IMG/VR virus record: IMGVR_UViG_3300009499_000296
Source of the DNA: an uncultured virus (IMG/VR IMGVR_UViG_3300009499_000296)
Lineage: Duplodnaviria > Heunggongvirae > Uroviricota > Caudoviricetes
Length of the DNA: 64,000 nt
Direction: 5' to 3' (one strand)
Numbering within the stretch: the first letter of the stretch is position 1; every line of letters begins with the position of its first letter. The notes below the pieces were generated by a model. The model did no database searches, was not told where the DNA came from, and saw nothing but the letters and a program-made list of their open reading frames with translations. Below, one piece after another: positions 19,535 through 29,262 of the stretch. The translations under genes and the position numbers were made by a program.

Positions 19535-20596
19535 CTAGTAACCTTCGATGCGACGGCGGAATATCACTATACCAAAACTCTCCTCGCTCCCCAGCGCCGA
19601 CCAGAACGTGCCGCCTGGGGCTGAGCTGACTTGGTTTGCATAGCAGGTGGCAATCCAATCAGCGGAGCGGGCGGTGGAAGAGATGCGCACTTCGTCCATC
19701 TGTCCGTCCAATTCGTTTCCCCCCCCACTGTCCCTTGCAAAATAGAGTTCCTCTGTACCTGTCTTAATGTCGCCAACACCAGCATCGCTACCACGCGAAA
19801 CGCTATTGACCTTAACCTCAGCTGTGCCTCCGCTAGGGTAAGTAGCTGTTATATAGTACCAGGCTCCAGTGCCGATGTTTGCATCTACGGTAATAACGTC
19901 CACGTCCCAAGTATTCGGTGCAGCCATTAGGAACCGCAGTTCATCAGTACCATTAAGCCAGAATATAAGTATGCGGTTGGCACCGAGATCATCCCGATTG
20001 AGGATTCTGATCTCAGAGGTAAAGCTGTCCAACTTCAGCCAGAGTTCGTATGTAACTGAAGTAACATCCAGCGAAACGCTATCAGGAATTGTAATTTGGT
20101 CATTATCAGTGGGCACAAAGTCTGCGGCCTGACCTATCTTACCGCCCACACTATTGAAACTTTGTGCGCTGCTGTCATTATTATTGCTTGTAGAATCAAA
20201 AACCTGTGCGTCCGAGGCTTCGCTGAGATGCCATGCGCCCACATAGTTGTTGCTCCACACCCCTGTCGCATTCTGGCGGTCAGCGACTTGGTCGGCATCG
20301 CCGTAGTAGAGATAGTAATCGTCTCCGCTCTCCGGGTCGGGCGCTTTGAACCAAATCTCCAGCGCGCCAGTGCCAGAGTTCCAAGCTACCCGCTCGTAGT
20401 CCAGCTCCGTCGTGCCGTCGGCCTTGGTGATGGCGAGGTCGTGGGCGTCAGAGCGGGCCCCAGCAGCCAGGTCGGCATCACTGGCGATGACTTTGGCCAA
20501 GGGAGTATTTGTCGGCGCACCAGAAATTTGGGCCGCCAGTATATTGAATTGCTTGCGATGTTGGGGATGATAGGCCCCAGACACTAACCAGCCCAA
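19535..20596 (-). CDS. DUF2341 plus LamG-like (concanavalin) virion protein
   Basis: DGTTELDYE...YYLYYG; GQMDEVRISSTARSADWI. Confidence 0.8.
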   Translation of the reverse strand: MGWLVSGAYHPQHRKQFNILAAQISGAPTNTPLAKVIASDADLAAGARSDAHDLAITKADGTTELDYERVAWNSGTGALEIWFKAPDPESGDDYYLYYGDADQVADRQNATGVWSNNYVGAWHLSEASDAQVFDSTSNNNDSSAQSFNSVGGKIGQAADFVPTDNDQITIPDSVSLDVTSVTYELWLKLDSFTSEIRILNRDDLGANRILIFWLNGTDELRFLMAAPNTWDVDVITVDANIGTGAWYYITATYPSGGTAEVKVNSVSRGSDAGVGDIKTGTEELYFARDSGGGNELDGQMDEVRISSTARSADWIATCYANQVSSAPGGTFWSALGSEESFGIVIFRRRIEGY

Positions 20597-20638
20597 GGCT
20601 TACTCCTTGATGACCTCGTGGATGCTGCTGTGTATCCC

Positions 20639-21100
20639 CTACGCACTAACCAGCTTCTCATACTGCCACTCGGCTTGCGCGTCCTGCCACACGGCGTATC
20701 GTTGCTCTGTCTTCGTGCCCGCGTCGCCAAGGACTATGGTCACAGTGGCCCGCTTTGTAACGTTATCGGGCGCCAAGCTGTGGAAGTGCAGGATTATCCC
20801 GTTGCTGACCATGGCCCGCAGCCACGTCTGGCAGTTATTCACCCAGGTCGGCTCCGGCGCGGGTGGCGCAGGATCGCCATGGGACATCCAGAATGCCTGC
20901 TCATCCGCCTGGCCCTCATTGAACACCACGAACGGATATGCCTCTTCGACCATCTTGCCGCCGCGCAGTACGAGCACCTGCGCGATGCACACCCTCCGCG
21001 TCTGGCCGGAGAGAAGGGTGTCCCGCTTACGCTCGACGATACCCTCGACGTACTCGAAGGTCGCCACGATCTTATTGATCATATCCTGCTTAGTTGCCAT
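20639..21100 (-). CDS. hypothetical protein
   Basis: GAGGA RBS; in the tail operon. Confidence 0.6.
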   Translation of the reverse strand: MATKQDMINKIVATFEYVEGIVERKRDTLLSGQTRRVCIAQVLVLRGGKMVEEAYPFVVFNEGQADEQAFWMSHGDPAPPAPEPTWVNNCQTWLRAMVSNGIILHFHSLAPDNVTKRATVTIVLGDAGTKTEQRYAVWQDAQAEWQYEKLVSA

Positions 21101-21210
21101 CTGTCATCCTCCTATCATCCGTTCAATGTTCTCCCTGACCACAGGATCAGGGCAGTGGATACGAGGGCCAGAGAGGGTCCCTGACCCTCGTAGCTTATTC
21201 AGCCGCTCCG

Positions 21211-21783
21211 CTAAGCTCCGAGGTGTGTCCATTTGGCGGTTACGGCCAGAGTGTCATCCGCGCCTTTCGGGATCGTATTCGCGAAGACAGATCTAGCGTA
21301 AGTTCCAGTCGCATCAGCCTCACCAGCATCGGTGGTATTACTACAGATAGCCACCTCGTTGATGGTAGTGCTCGTCCCCTCACCAGCAGCAAAGGTAACC
21401 ATGAAAATCGTCACATTATCCTCTGCTCCAGCCCCACTCTTGGGGTAAGTAGCATCCCACGCTTGAGCTGAACCCGAGATGTAGTCACCCGTAGTGATGA
21501 AACTCCCTGCTCCAGATTTGGCCGCCGCGGTGATCGCTGTCCCCAACTTCATTCCTGCTGCGGCTGTAGGAGACTCGCCCGCAACCTTGCCAGCGCAGTA
21601 AGTGTCGCCCACGTCCGTCACCAGGTCGTGGGTCACGGTGCGCATCTTCACCTTTCCATCGGGGCCGTAGAGGATGGCCTCTACCTCGTCGCAGATCCCC
21701 ATCTTGTCCTGAAGGGAACCGGGTACGCCGATCAGTCTCAGAATCGTCTTGCCCAACCAAAGATCGAGTCTACTGAGAAACAT
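21211..21783 (-). CDS. tail fibre/baseplate-associated structural protein
   Basis: HDLVTDVG...INEVAI...KGADDTLAVT pattern. Confidence 0.65.
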   Translation of the reverse strand: MFLSRLDLWLGKTILRLIGVPGSLQDKMGICDEVEAILYGPDGKVKMRTVTHDLVTDVGDTYCAGKVAGESPTAAAGMKLGTAITAAAKSGAGSFITTGDYISGSAQAWDATYPKSGAGAEDNVTIFMVTFAAGEGTSTTINEVAICSNTTDAGEADATGTYARSVFANTIPKGADDTLAVTAKWTHLGA

Positions 21784-21801
21784 TTTTCTCCTCCTAGTGG
21801 T

Positions 21802-22086
21802 TTAGCCACTCGTAATCTGAACCGGCAGCTCGGCCAGTAGTTCCTTTATGTCAGAATCGTCCGACCACTCAAACTCAACGACCAAATCCGCGCCCGAGAA
21901 ATCGTAAGTCGCACCTACGGGATCGCCGGGAGCAGGGTTGGTACACTCCAGGACTGTAACATTGGATGTCTGCCCGAATGCATCGATCCTCCTCAGGACG
22001 ACTTTCACAGTCATGGGAGAGGGGAAGTCACCATTGAAGTGATCTCTTATCTGATCAAATGAAAATGTTGTCGTCTCGGGTGCCAT
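21802..22086 (-). CDS. small FN3-fragment protein, paralogous to the N-terminus of the 1801-aa fibre
   Basis: TFSFDQIRDHFNGDFPSPM versus TFSFSQLQDYFQGAFPSPM. Confidence 0.65.
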   Translation of the reverse strand: MAPETTTFSFDQIRDHFNGDFPSPMTVKVVLRRIDAFGQTSNVTVLECTNPAPGDPVGATYDFSGADLVVEFEWSDDSDIKELLAELPVQITSG

Positions 22087-22095
22087 TTTGGTCTA

Positions 22096-23622
22096 TTATT
22101 TCAGTGTATAGTAGAGCTCGCTGACCCAGGTCCCCCAATGTTCATAGGGCACGCCGGGGATTCGGAGGGTAAAGTTCCAAGCGACGATGCGCTTTAGCCC
22201 CGTATGGATGCTACTGGGATGCGGCCCCGTAACATGCCTGGCAAATGGACAGCTGATTTGAACGTCAGGTTGAGTCGGATGTCGGTACCCAAGGTAGTCC
22301 AGCTCAGCCCTCCCCATGACATGAGTTGAGAACTTGGGCGACCAGTACTCAAGAGTCGTTGAGAGGTCGTTCAAACGTGCATCTGTCAGACCAACTTTCC
22401 AACTGGCCCACGGCCTGACTTCCTGGTCGGCGGTTTCGTTCCATACCTGATAGTGTATCATCTGTGTCCCCTCGGACCGGTCTACCTCACGGGCTTGCAC
22501 CCTAATCCTAAACTTGTGGTACCGCACAGCGGCCGGCAGTTCAATATGGAAAACGTCCTTGTACTCCCCCGCGACGTAGCATACAAGGTACATGCCGAGT
22601 TTCCCATTCGGCTTCAGCCAGATCCCGAACTCAATGCACAATCCCTTCCTCTCGGAGGTGACCCATAGAGTTTCAAACTCCAAGTACCCAGTCTCTGTTC
22701 CTCCCGTCCACTGTAGCGTGCCGACGAAGCCTGCCCACTCCTGGGACCGATCGGCATAAAACTTGTTCCACAATCCTTCCCACACCCATGATGCATCAAG
22801 CACGGCAAGCGGGCGCGGGCTGGAAACAAACTCTGCTAATAGAAACGGGGCATCCCTTTCGTCTGGCCACTCAGAGTGAATGGTTAGGCTAGGACCCGAG
22901 AAAACGTAGGTTGCCCATTGAGCGTCAAGTGGGGGCAGATTCTCGCAGGTAGCTGAAATAGTTGAGGAGAATGTTCCATCGTAACCCCTGGCCGCTACGT
23001 CCACAAATACATAGGGGCCAAGCTCACCGGTCGCATGCACGTGGTGATCCCCGAGAGTCCAGGCGTAGCGAGTGGTCATGACATAGTCTGTTTTGTAAAG
23101 CGTCCCTCCATACGCAGTGTAGACCCTGACACGATAATCCTGAACTGCAATACCTTCCCCAGAATGAGACCACCACAGTTCCAGGTTAGGACCACTCCAG
23201 TTCCAGTTCAAGTCGTGAGGAGCCACCACTCCCTCGGGCCCCACCACCGTCCCCAGCCTGGCGCCCAGCTCACTCAAGGCCCCCTCTACCGTCTCCCCAG
23301 AGAAGTAGTCTGCACTGTCCTCTACGTACACCGTCCTGGCTAGTATGGTAGCGTCCCTCTTGGGCAGCGTAGGAGATGAAACACCAGGCGCTAGAGCACT
23401 GGGCCTCCGCCCCTCCCAGCGGAGAATGACTGTATCCTCAATGTTTACCTGGGATATGTCTCCTACGACAGGAACGTTCTTCCACAACTGGGCGGAGCCC
23501 TTCACCCGCAGGTCCACCGAAGAGGCGCGCTTCTTCTTCACCACGCCTGTCTGGGGCCTCTTGGCCTCGCGTTCTTCTATTCGTTTGTCTACTGCGGCTA
23601 TGGCCTGTCTCTGAATTACCAT
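22096..23622 (-). CDS. tail tip protein (OB-like N-terminus, FN3)
   Basis: 508 aa; DSADYFSGETVEGALSELG motif; position in the tail operon. Confidence 0.6.
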   Translation of the reverse strand: MVIQRQAIAAVDKRIEEREAKRPQTGVVKKKRASSVDLRVKGSAQLWKNVPVVGDISQVNIEDTVILRWEGRRPSALAPGVSSPTLPKRDATILARTVYVEDSADYFSGETVEGALSELGARLGTVVGPEGVVAPHDLNWNWSGPNLELWWSHSGEGIAVQDYRVRVYTAYGGTLYKTDYVMTTRYAWTLGDHHVHATGELGPYVFVDVAARGYDGTFSSTISATCENLPPLDAQWATYVFSGPSLTIHSEWPDERDAPFLLAEFVSSPRPLAVLDASWVWEGLWNKFYADRSQEWAGFVGTLQWTGGTETGYLEFETLWVTSERKGLCIEFGIWLKPNGKLGMYLVCYVAGEYKDVFHIELPAAVRYHKFRIRVQAREVDRSEGTQMIHYQVWNETADQEVRPWASWKVGLTDARLNDLSTTLEYWSPKFSTHVMGRAELDYLGYRHPTQPDVQISCPFARHVTGPHPSSIHTGLKRIVAWNFTLRIPGVPYEHWGTWVSELYYTLK

Positions 23623-26600
23623 TCTGCAAACAGCCTGCTCCCTACTCTCTGGGATAGCCTGGCGGGACCGTAGCTAAGCCCAATATCGTTCACGACGTAG
23701 GTCGTTCCTCCCAGCGCGAATTTGTCCTCCGGCTCAGTCTCCAACCTTGCCCTCTCGGTGAGGTATCCCCTCTGCTCCGACTCCTCCCTGGACATGCGCT
23801 GGATAATCTTGGCGTCGTCCAAAAGTTCTTCTTCCGTGTTCAAGTCGGGATTGTTCACCTCCAGAAACCGGTAGCCATAAGCAGCTAGCGTCTCGGGATG
23901 TACGTAGAAGACGTACTCTTCGCTCGTTACCAGAACTACACTGGCAATACCGCGGTCATCCAGATTCCTGGACGTTTCGTGCAGGTCAGAGTAAGTCCCC
24001 AGATCGTCCCTGGTGTAGAAGCGGGAGAACTCCAGGGAGGCGTCGCTCCTCTCCAGCCACCACAGTCTCCGTTGTCGGATGAGGTCTTGGACGGCTTGCT
24101 GGCCAGTCATACCCGAAATGTATCCGAACCAAGGCTCGCGCTCGTACAGTTCGGGGATAGCGCTGGAATAGGAGTATGTGTAAGTGAGCGCACCTTCCTC
24201 CCCCGCATTGAGCAACCTCAATCCCACGTATCCTGCGTTCTCGTAAGTCGTGTCGTGGAAAGCCCAGACGAACTTGTCGTCGCACCACACCGAACAGAAC
24301 TCCTTCCAGACGTTTACCCGCCACACGTGCTGGCCAGTGATGTCGAAGTCTATGGCCACCCTCTCTAGAACGCTTAGTCCCCCTGCGAGGTTACAAAGAG
24401 CAACGAAGGGGTTCCCGCCGTTGTTGTAAATGGTCAGCTCGTAGGCACTCTGGGAGGCCCTGGGAAGGGAAAATTGTCCAGCAGTGATCTCCGTGGCGGA
24501 GCGGAACACTAAGCCCCCTCCGGCGTAGGGATCGTCGGGAATAGTCACGTCAACTTCTATCTGGAAGTGAGTGCGGGTAGAGGTGACCAGAGGCACAGCC
24601 AGGTCCCGATAGGAGTTGGCTGCAACCTCCAGGGTTCCACTCCCTGATGCTTGAGTCGTATCCCTGAAGCTCGTCACGCCTGCCCGATAGCAGACGTCCT
24701 TCAAGAGCCAGTCTACGCTGAAATCCTTCCCCAGAGAGTAGACCTCCATGAAGTCAAATTGCACTGGAGCCTCGACGTACCAGTAGACCGGTGTGTCCTT
24801 AGAGTGAGACGTAGGAGTAGTAGAGTAGGCTCCCCTTCCCCGGACGGTGTAGGCTGTGGTTGCGCCTGGAGCTTGGGAGAAATCCTCCGTGGGATAGATC
24901 TTGTAATCAGAGTAGGACTCGATTTCGTATACCTCGTCCTCTGCCACCTCCTTAGGCCAGATCTCGAATGCTGTGTCCTTCGTGATGTCTGCGGAGACAG
25001 ATTTCTCAAGAACGAGATAGTTAGTCTTGTTCCCACTTGCAGGAACAGTATCTAGAATCTCAGAGGTGAATCCCATTCCCTCACCGCCTGTGATTTTGAG
25101 CATGTATCCGTTGTACTCATCGGTCGTCCAGCCGTGGGAACTCGGGGCAGTGAAGATCTTACCATAACCCCAGAGCTCGTACCCATGGGCTTGCGCAGGA
25201 CAATCGGTCCCCCAACTCCAGGTCAGGTAGAGAGTGTGGTGGCCGGTATCATCAACCATTCTCCGCTTATCCTTCCGATACCAATCATCCTGGCGCAGTA
25301 TGACGTAGAGCCCATTCATCTCATCGTCCGCAAAGTATGTGTCCTCGTCATGGATCTGGCTCTTGGTGGCATCGCAGTCATAACCGTCCGCCGTCCCTTC
25401 GTGCATGGGGAAAGCGTTTCCGCTGTCAGAGGCGACTTGGGTGAGTTCCAATCTACAATGTGCCAGGTCGTAGGCCGACCAGTCCTCGTCCGCGTCCTTC
25501 AGGTATTCTACGGTGGAGTCTGCATCTGCCGTCCCTGAAAGGAAGGGGACATTGAAATAACTGGTGCAGTTTCTCACTACCCCGCCCCCATCCAAATAGA
25601 CCCGGGTGCCGTCTGGGTGTAAGACAGCTTCACTTCCTCCAGCTCCTCGCTCTGCCACGTGAAACCCGGGGTCATGGACGAGCCCATTGTACCCAGCGTA
25701 TTCTATTGCCTCGTTTTCTACGAGAATAACCCCATGCCCTGGGAAGTCCGTAGGGTCAACTACCTCAAAATCATTCTCACCTGAGGCCTTCTGCTCACCG
25801 ACGAGCACCGTTTGCTCGTCTCCAGTGTGTACTGAGGAGTAGATAATTATCTCGTCATCTATTTTGAGCTCCCCTGTGTCGGGAAAGTCTATCACCGTTC
25901 CTACTACGACAGTCTCTACGAGCTCATCATCCCCCTTGTCGGGGTTCCACAGGTCTTGAGTTAGCATAGTGGCGAGTACACCGACGTAGGCTCTAAGTCC
26001 CACGTACCCCTCGTCAGCAGCGTATCTGTCCCCCACGTTTCCCTTAGCTTGGTCTTCTTCGGAGTCCGTGCCGTAAATCTCCGCCTCGATCGCCGGATAG
26101 GGCCTGTCCCACCGGTAAGGGAAGGTCCCTCCCACTTCAGTCCACTGGGTAGCGGAGGCGCTCTTGTAGAAGACCCTGAAGAGCCCGGCAGCGTAGACAA
26201 CAGCCAGGTCATACCAGGTATCGAGACTCCAGGATATCGTCCCTGACTGGCCTACAAACTCCCACACCCCGTCACGCATGTTGTACAGCTTGATGCTGTT
26301 GCTTATGTTACTCGCCAATACGACGGACTTGTAATCCTTGTCTGTGCAATTCAGGAGGATCCCCGCCTCCCTATTGCCTAAGCCGCCGAACTTGAACTTG
26401 GTCTTGGCTAAGACCCCACCGAGTGTCGTCCAATCCGTGCTATCGATTGCGACCTCTGCGACTGCCGGGGCTCCTAGTTTGATCAGTTGCAGTTCCCCAG
26501 TTTCACTTATATCCCATCCAGTGATCCACTCCGTAAATCCACCGAAGTCATCGAAGGGCTCGAATATCTTACACTGAGAGAAATAGTCGTAAGCCTGCGC

Positions 26601-27971
26601 CGCTCGCCAGTCCAAGAGCTTCTTCATCGCAGCAGAACGAGCCACGATACCTAGCGTGTCCTCGCCATAGCTCTCGCCACTCAGGACGCTGTCTACTCCG
26701 AATACACTCAGTTGGACGTAATCGGAGACCTTACCATCGTCCCACCCGGCCTCCAGTGTGAGCTCTGCGCCCTGGCGAATATTGGGGTCTTCATCGTAGC
26801 TTCCATCGGCATTGGCAATCTGTAGGTTAAGTGTCGCCGCCGCATTTGCACCTGGGGAGCTGTAGTCCCACTGATGGATGTCGGAAGTGATGGTCGTCTT
26901 CTTGGAGGCCGCATCCACACCCACCAGGTTCGTAGCCGTGGCTCGGGCAACCTTCTGGCAAGCCACCAGGTAGATGTAACTTCCGACAACGTAAGCCCTC
27001 ATTCCCACATAGAGGTTATCGGAGTACCTCCACAGAGCATGATGTCTATCCAGTGTCCAGTGCTCACCATCGCCCCGCAGCAAGCACTCGCAATCGAAGT
27101 CGTAGGCATCTGAGCCAGGCCTAACGTACCTTGCACACAGGAAGAGCTGATCGTTCACCACACTTAGAGAGTAGGGTATGAACACTGAGGAAGGCATCGA
27201 GGTATCAGCGGGATTGGAGACGACATCAATGGGCAGCACACTCACTGGGTCAGACCACACGCCGTTATGGTACTTCACCATCACTGCCCGGCCGTCATCG
27301 TGGTCCATAACGATGATGTAATCCACGCTGTTAAAGGTCACTGCTGAGATAAATGTCGCGCTATACAAAGCCCCTCGGCCCTTTCCGGTGAAGATGTGAG
27401 GACCTGTCTCCCAGGCCCAGGAACCGTCGTAGTGGCAGCGGTAGAGCCTATGACCAGCTACGCCACTAACCTTGACATACGCATAGATAGTGTTCAAGTC
27501 AACAGCAGTTAGACCGACACTCTCTATTGTGCCCCCGGCCCAGCCCAAAGAATAAGCGATCCCCCAGCCACCATTCTTCTGGCGGTAGGAAATTGAGTTG
27601 GTCCCATCCGGTTGGTAGAAGATACGGACTGTCCCACTACTCTCGGCTATCCCGCATCGGCAGCCACTCTCAGCATAGAACGTCAGGGCCTGTGCCTTAG
27701 CCCAGTCCCAGTCAGTAAGGTCGGTAATCTTCTGGTGGTAGAGTCTTCCATTCCCCTTGGCGATGCAGCGGTGGATGTACCCGCTGGCATCCTCGCAGGA
27801 AGCACCCCGGATTGAGTTAGCCCAAGTCAGGTCCCCCTCAGCCGCGCTGCCTAAAGAACAGTCAAACACCGTGTCAAACTGCAAGCGTAAATCCCTGATG
27901 GTGACCCGAGATAGAGGCGTGCGTTCACTGCTGGCCTGTGCAGTTTGTAAGTCAGCGGATAAAGATCTCAC
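23616..27971 (-). CDS. large tail tip/hub protein
   Basis: 1451 aa, second gene after the tape measure. Confidence 0.7.
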   Translation of the reverse strand: MRSLSADLQTAQASSERTPLSRVTIRDLRLQFDTVFDCSLGSAAEGDLTWANSIRGASCEDASGYIHRCIAKGNGRLYHQKITDLTDWDWAKAQALTFYAESGCRCGIAESSGTVRIFYQPDGTNSISYRQKNGGWGIAYSLGWAGGTIESVGLTAVDLNTIYAYVKVSGVAGHRLYRCHYDGSWAWETGPHIFTGKGRGALYSATFISAVTFNSVDYIIVMDHDDGRAVMVKYHNGVWSDPVSVLPIDVVSNPADTSMPSSVFIPYSLSVVNDQLFLCARYVRPGSDAYDFDCECLLRGDGEHWTLDRHHALWRYSDNLYVGMRAYVVGSYIYLVACQKVARATATNLVGVDAASKKTTITSDIHQWDYSSPGANAAATLNLQIANADGSYDEDPNIRQGAELTLEAGWDDGKVSDYVQLSVFGVDSVLSGESYGEDTLGIVARSAAMKKLLDWRAAQAYDYFSQCKIFEPFDDFGGFTEWITGWDISETGELQLIKLGAPAVAEVAIDSTDWTTLGGVLAKTKFKFGGLGNREAGILLNCTDKDYKSVVLASNISNSIKLYNMRDGVWEFVGQSGTISWSLDTWYDLAVVYAAGLFRVFYKSASATQWTEVGGTFPYRWDRPYPAIEAEIYGTDSEEDQAKGNVGDRYAADEGYVGLRAYVGVLATMLTQDLWNPDKGDDELVETVVVGTVIDFPDTGELKIDDEIIIYSSVHTGDEQTVLVGEQKASGENDFEVVDPTDFPGHGVILVENEAIEYAGYNGLVHDPGFHVAERGAGGSEAVLHPDGTRVYLDGGGVVRNCTSYFNVPFLSGTADADSTVEYLKDADEDWSAYDLAHCRLELTQVASDSGNAFPMHEGTADGYDCDATKSQIHDEDTYFADDEMNGLYVILRQDDWYRKDKRRMVDDTGHHTLYLTWSWGTDCPAQAHGYELWGYGKIFTAPSSHGWTTDEYNGYMLKITGGEGMGFTSEILDTVPASGNKTNYLVLEKSVSADITKDTAFEIWPKEVAEDEVYEIESYSDYKIYPTEDFSQAPGATTAYTVRGRGAYSTTPTSHSKDTPVYWYVEAPVQFDFMEVYSLGKDFSVDWLLKDVCYRAGVTSFRDTTQASGSGTLEVAANSYRDLAVPLVTSTRTHFQIEVDVTIPDDPYAGGGLVFRSATEITAGQFSLPRASQSAYELTIYNNGGNPFVALCNLAGGLSVLERVAIDFDITGQHVWRVNVWKEFCSVWCDDKFVWAFHDTTYENAGYVGLRLLNAGEEGALTYTYSYSSAIPELYEREPWFGYISGMTGQQAVQDLIRQRRLWWLERSDASLEFSRFYTRDDLGTYSDLHETSRNLDDRGIASVVLVTSEEYVFYVHPETLAAYGYRFLEVNNPDLNTEEELLDDAKIIQRMSREESEQRGYLTERARLETEPEDKFALGGTTYVVNDIGLSYGPARLSQRVGSRLFAEW

Positions 27972-28807
27972 GAGACTTTCACCTTGAGCCTAATAGGAAC
28001 ATGATAGAGAGAAAAGTCACCATCCAGCATGGGAACCAGGGTCCTTTCACTGAGTTCTCCCTGCAAATACACTCTATGAGCGGGTATGTTATACAGCTTA
28101 AAGTTGGGGCTTACTTCAACCGTATTGGCCCACGAGGAGGCCAAGTACCATTCCCCCGTCCCTCCACTTCCAAGCTGTTTCATGCCCCACCCTACGTAGT
28201 TAGAGACACCACCCGAGTAACTTCCATCCGGCTCAAGAGAGAGATGGTAGATAGTGCTATCGTCTTTATAAGGTTCTGGGCTGAAGGAAAACAGCACCCA
28301 CTCAAAGTCAGTGCCGATAGAGGATGAAGCAACCCAGCCAGAAGTTCCATCGGCAATAACGGTGTCTGGCAGCCCGCTAGAATCACTGTATATGCGTGCT
28401 CGGACATTCCCACCCGGGCTGCCTCCTCGCTTAAGATAGTACTCTACTTTTGATACTCTGCCCTCAAGCGATGTGGTCACCTGCACTGCCAGCTTAGTTA
28501 CTGTAGCATCAAGACCGTCCCAAGTATCCTGTTCAGTATAGGACTGCTCAAGCGCGGCAGTGGTCACATGGGGAATGAGCCACACTGCCTCCTTCTTAGC
28601 ATAGGAGGCCAGCAAGTTCTGAAGCTCGGCATGGGTGCACTTCAGCACCATGTTCCATCCTGACTGCGCATTGGTAGGATAAACCACGTCATCCTTTCCG
28701 CTGGCAGTCAAGGTGTTGCGCTCACCCTTGCTGTACCAGGGCGAAAAGCCGTCTCGGAGAACGACGTATTGGTGTCCATCAAGCGTGATTGTCGAAGCTG
28801 TTGCCAT
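27968..28807 (-). CDS. distal-tail-like protein with an inserted beta-sandwich domain
   Basis: first structural gene after the tape measure; shares the KLAVQVT...LKRxGSPGGN...GLPD module with the fibre. Confidence 0.6.
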   Translation of the reverse strand: MATASTITLDGHQYVVLRDGFSPWYSKGERNTLTASGKDDVVYPTNAQSGWNMVLKCTHAELQNLLASYAKKEAVWLIPHVTTAALEQSYTEQDTWDGLDATVTKLAVQVTTSLEGRVSKVEYYLKRGGSPGGNVRARIYSDSSGLPDTVIADGTSGWVASSSIGTDFEWVLFSFSPEPYKDDSTIYHLSLEPDGSYSGGVSNYVGWGMKQLGSGGTGEWYLASSWANTVEVSPNFKLYNIPAHRVYLQGELSERTLVPMLDGDFSLYHVPIRLKVKVS

Positions 28808-28837
28808 AATGTGCCACTTTTGGTAACATACCGAAAT

Positions 28838-28872
28838 GAAAAAGGCGGCTCACTCCGAAGAGTGGCCGCCTT
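28838..28872 (-). terminator. terminator/attenuator hairpin with UUCG loop
   Basis: AAGGCGGCCACTC-TTCG-GAGTGAGCCGCCTT-TTTC. Confidence 0.75.
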
Positions 28873-28920
28873 CTACTTGGTAGGCCCAATTTCATCTTGC
28901 TGGATATGGGTTCTAAGATA

Positions 28921-28949
28921 AGTATACCACAAAGCGCAGAGAGTGTCAA
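28921..28949 (-). promoter_or_regulatory. sigma70-type promoter
   Basis: TTGACA-N17-TATACT. Confidence 0.75.
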
Positions 28950-29076
28950 GCAAAACAGAGAATGTAAATTCGACTTGACAAATCAGGGAGACGACCCGTA
29001 GTTTATCTCATACGTTGTCGGATGATTTGACATCCTGAAAAAAGGTGGTAGAATGTAAGCGGAAAGGAGGTGCGAG

Positions 29077-29262
29077 ATGGAAATATGTGGGTTGTTGTTG
29101 TTTATTGCACTGGTCTTCGTGGCTATGTGTATCGCTGAGCTGATAGCCAGGTCAAAGGGCAAGACCATCTTCAAGCATCCCCCTTACGGTGAGCCTGGCA
29201 GTTGGTACAGCCAGGAGCCCCCCGACGCAGCCAAGGCCGACGTAGCTTGGTTTGATGACTAG
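29077..29262 (+). CDS. small membrane protein, antisense to the late operon (moron-like)
   Basis: AAGGAGGT RBS, N-terminal TM helix, upstream TTGACA..TAGAAT promoter-like site. Confidence 0.7.
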   Translation: MEICGLLLFIALVFVAMCIAELIARSKGKTIFKHPPYGEPGSWYSQEPPDAAKADVAWFDD

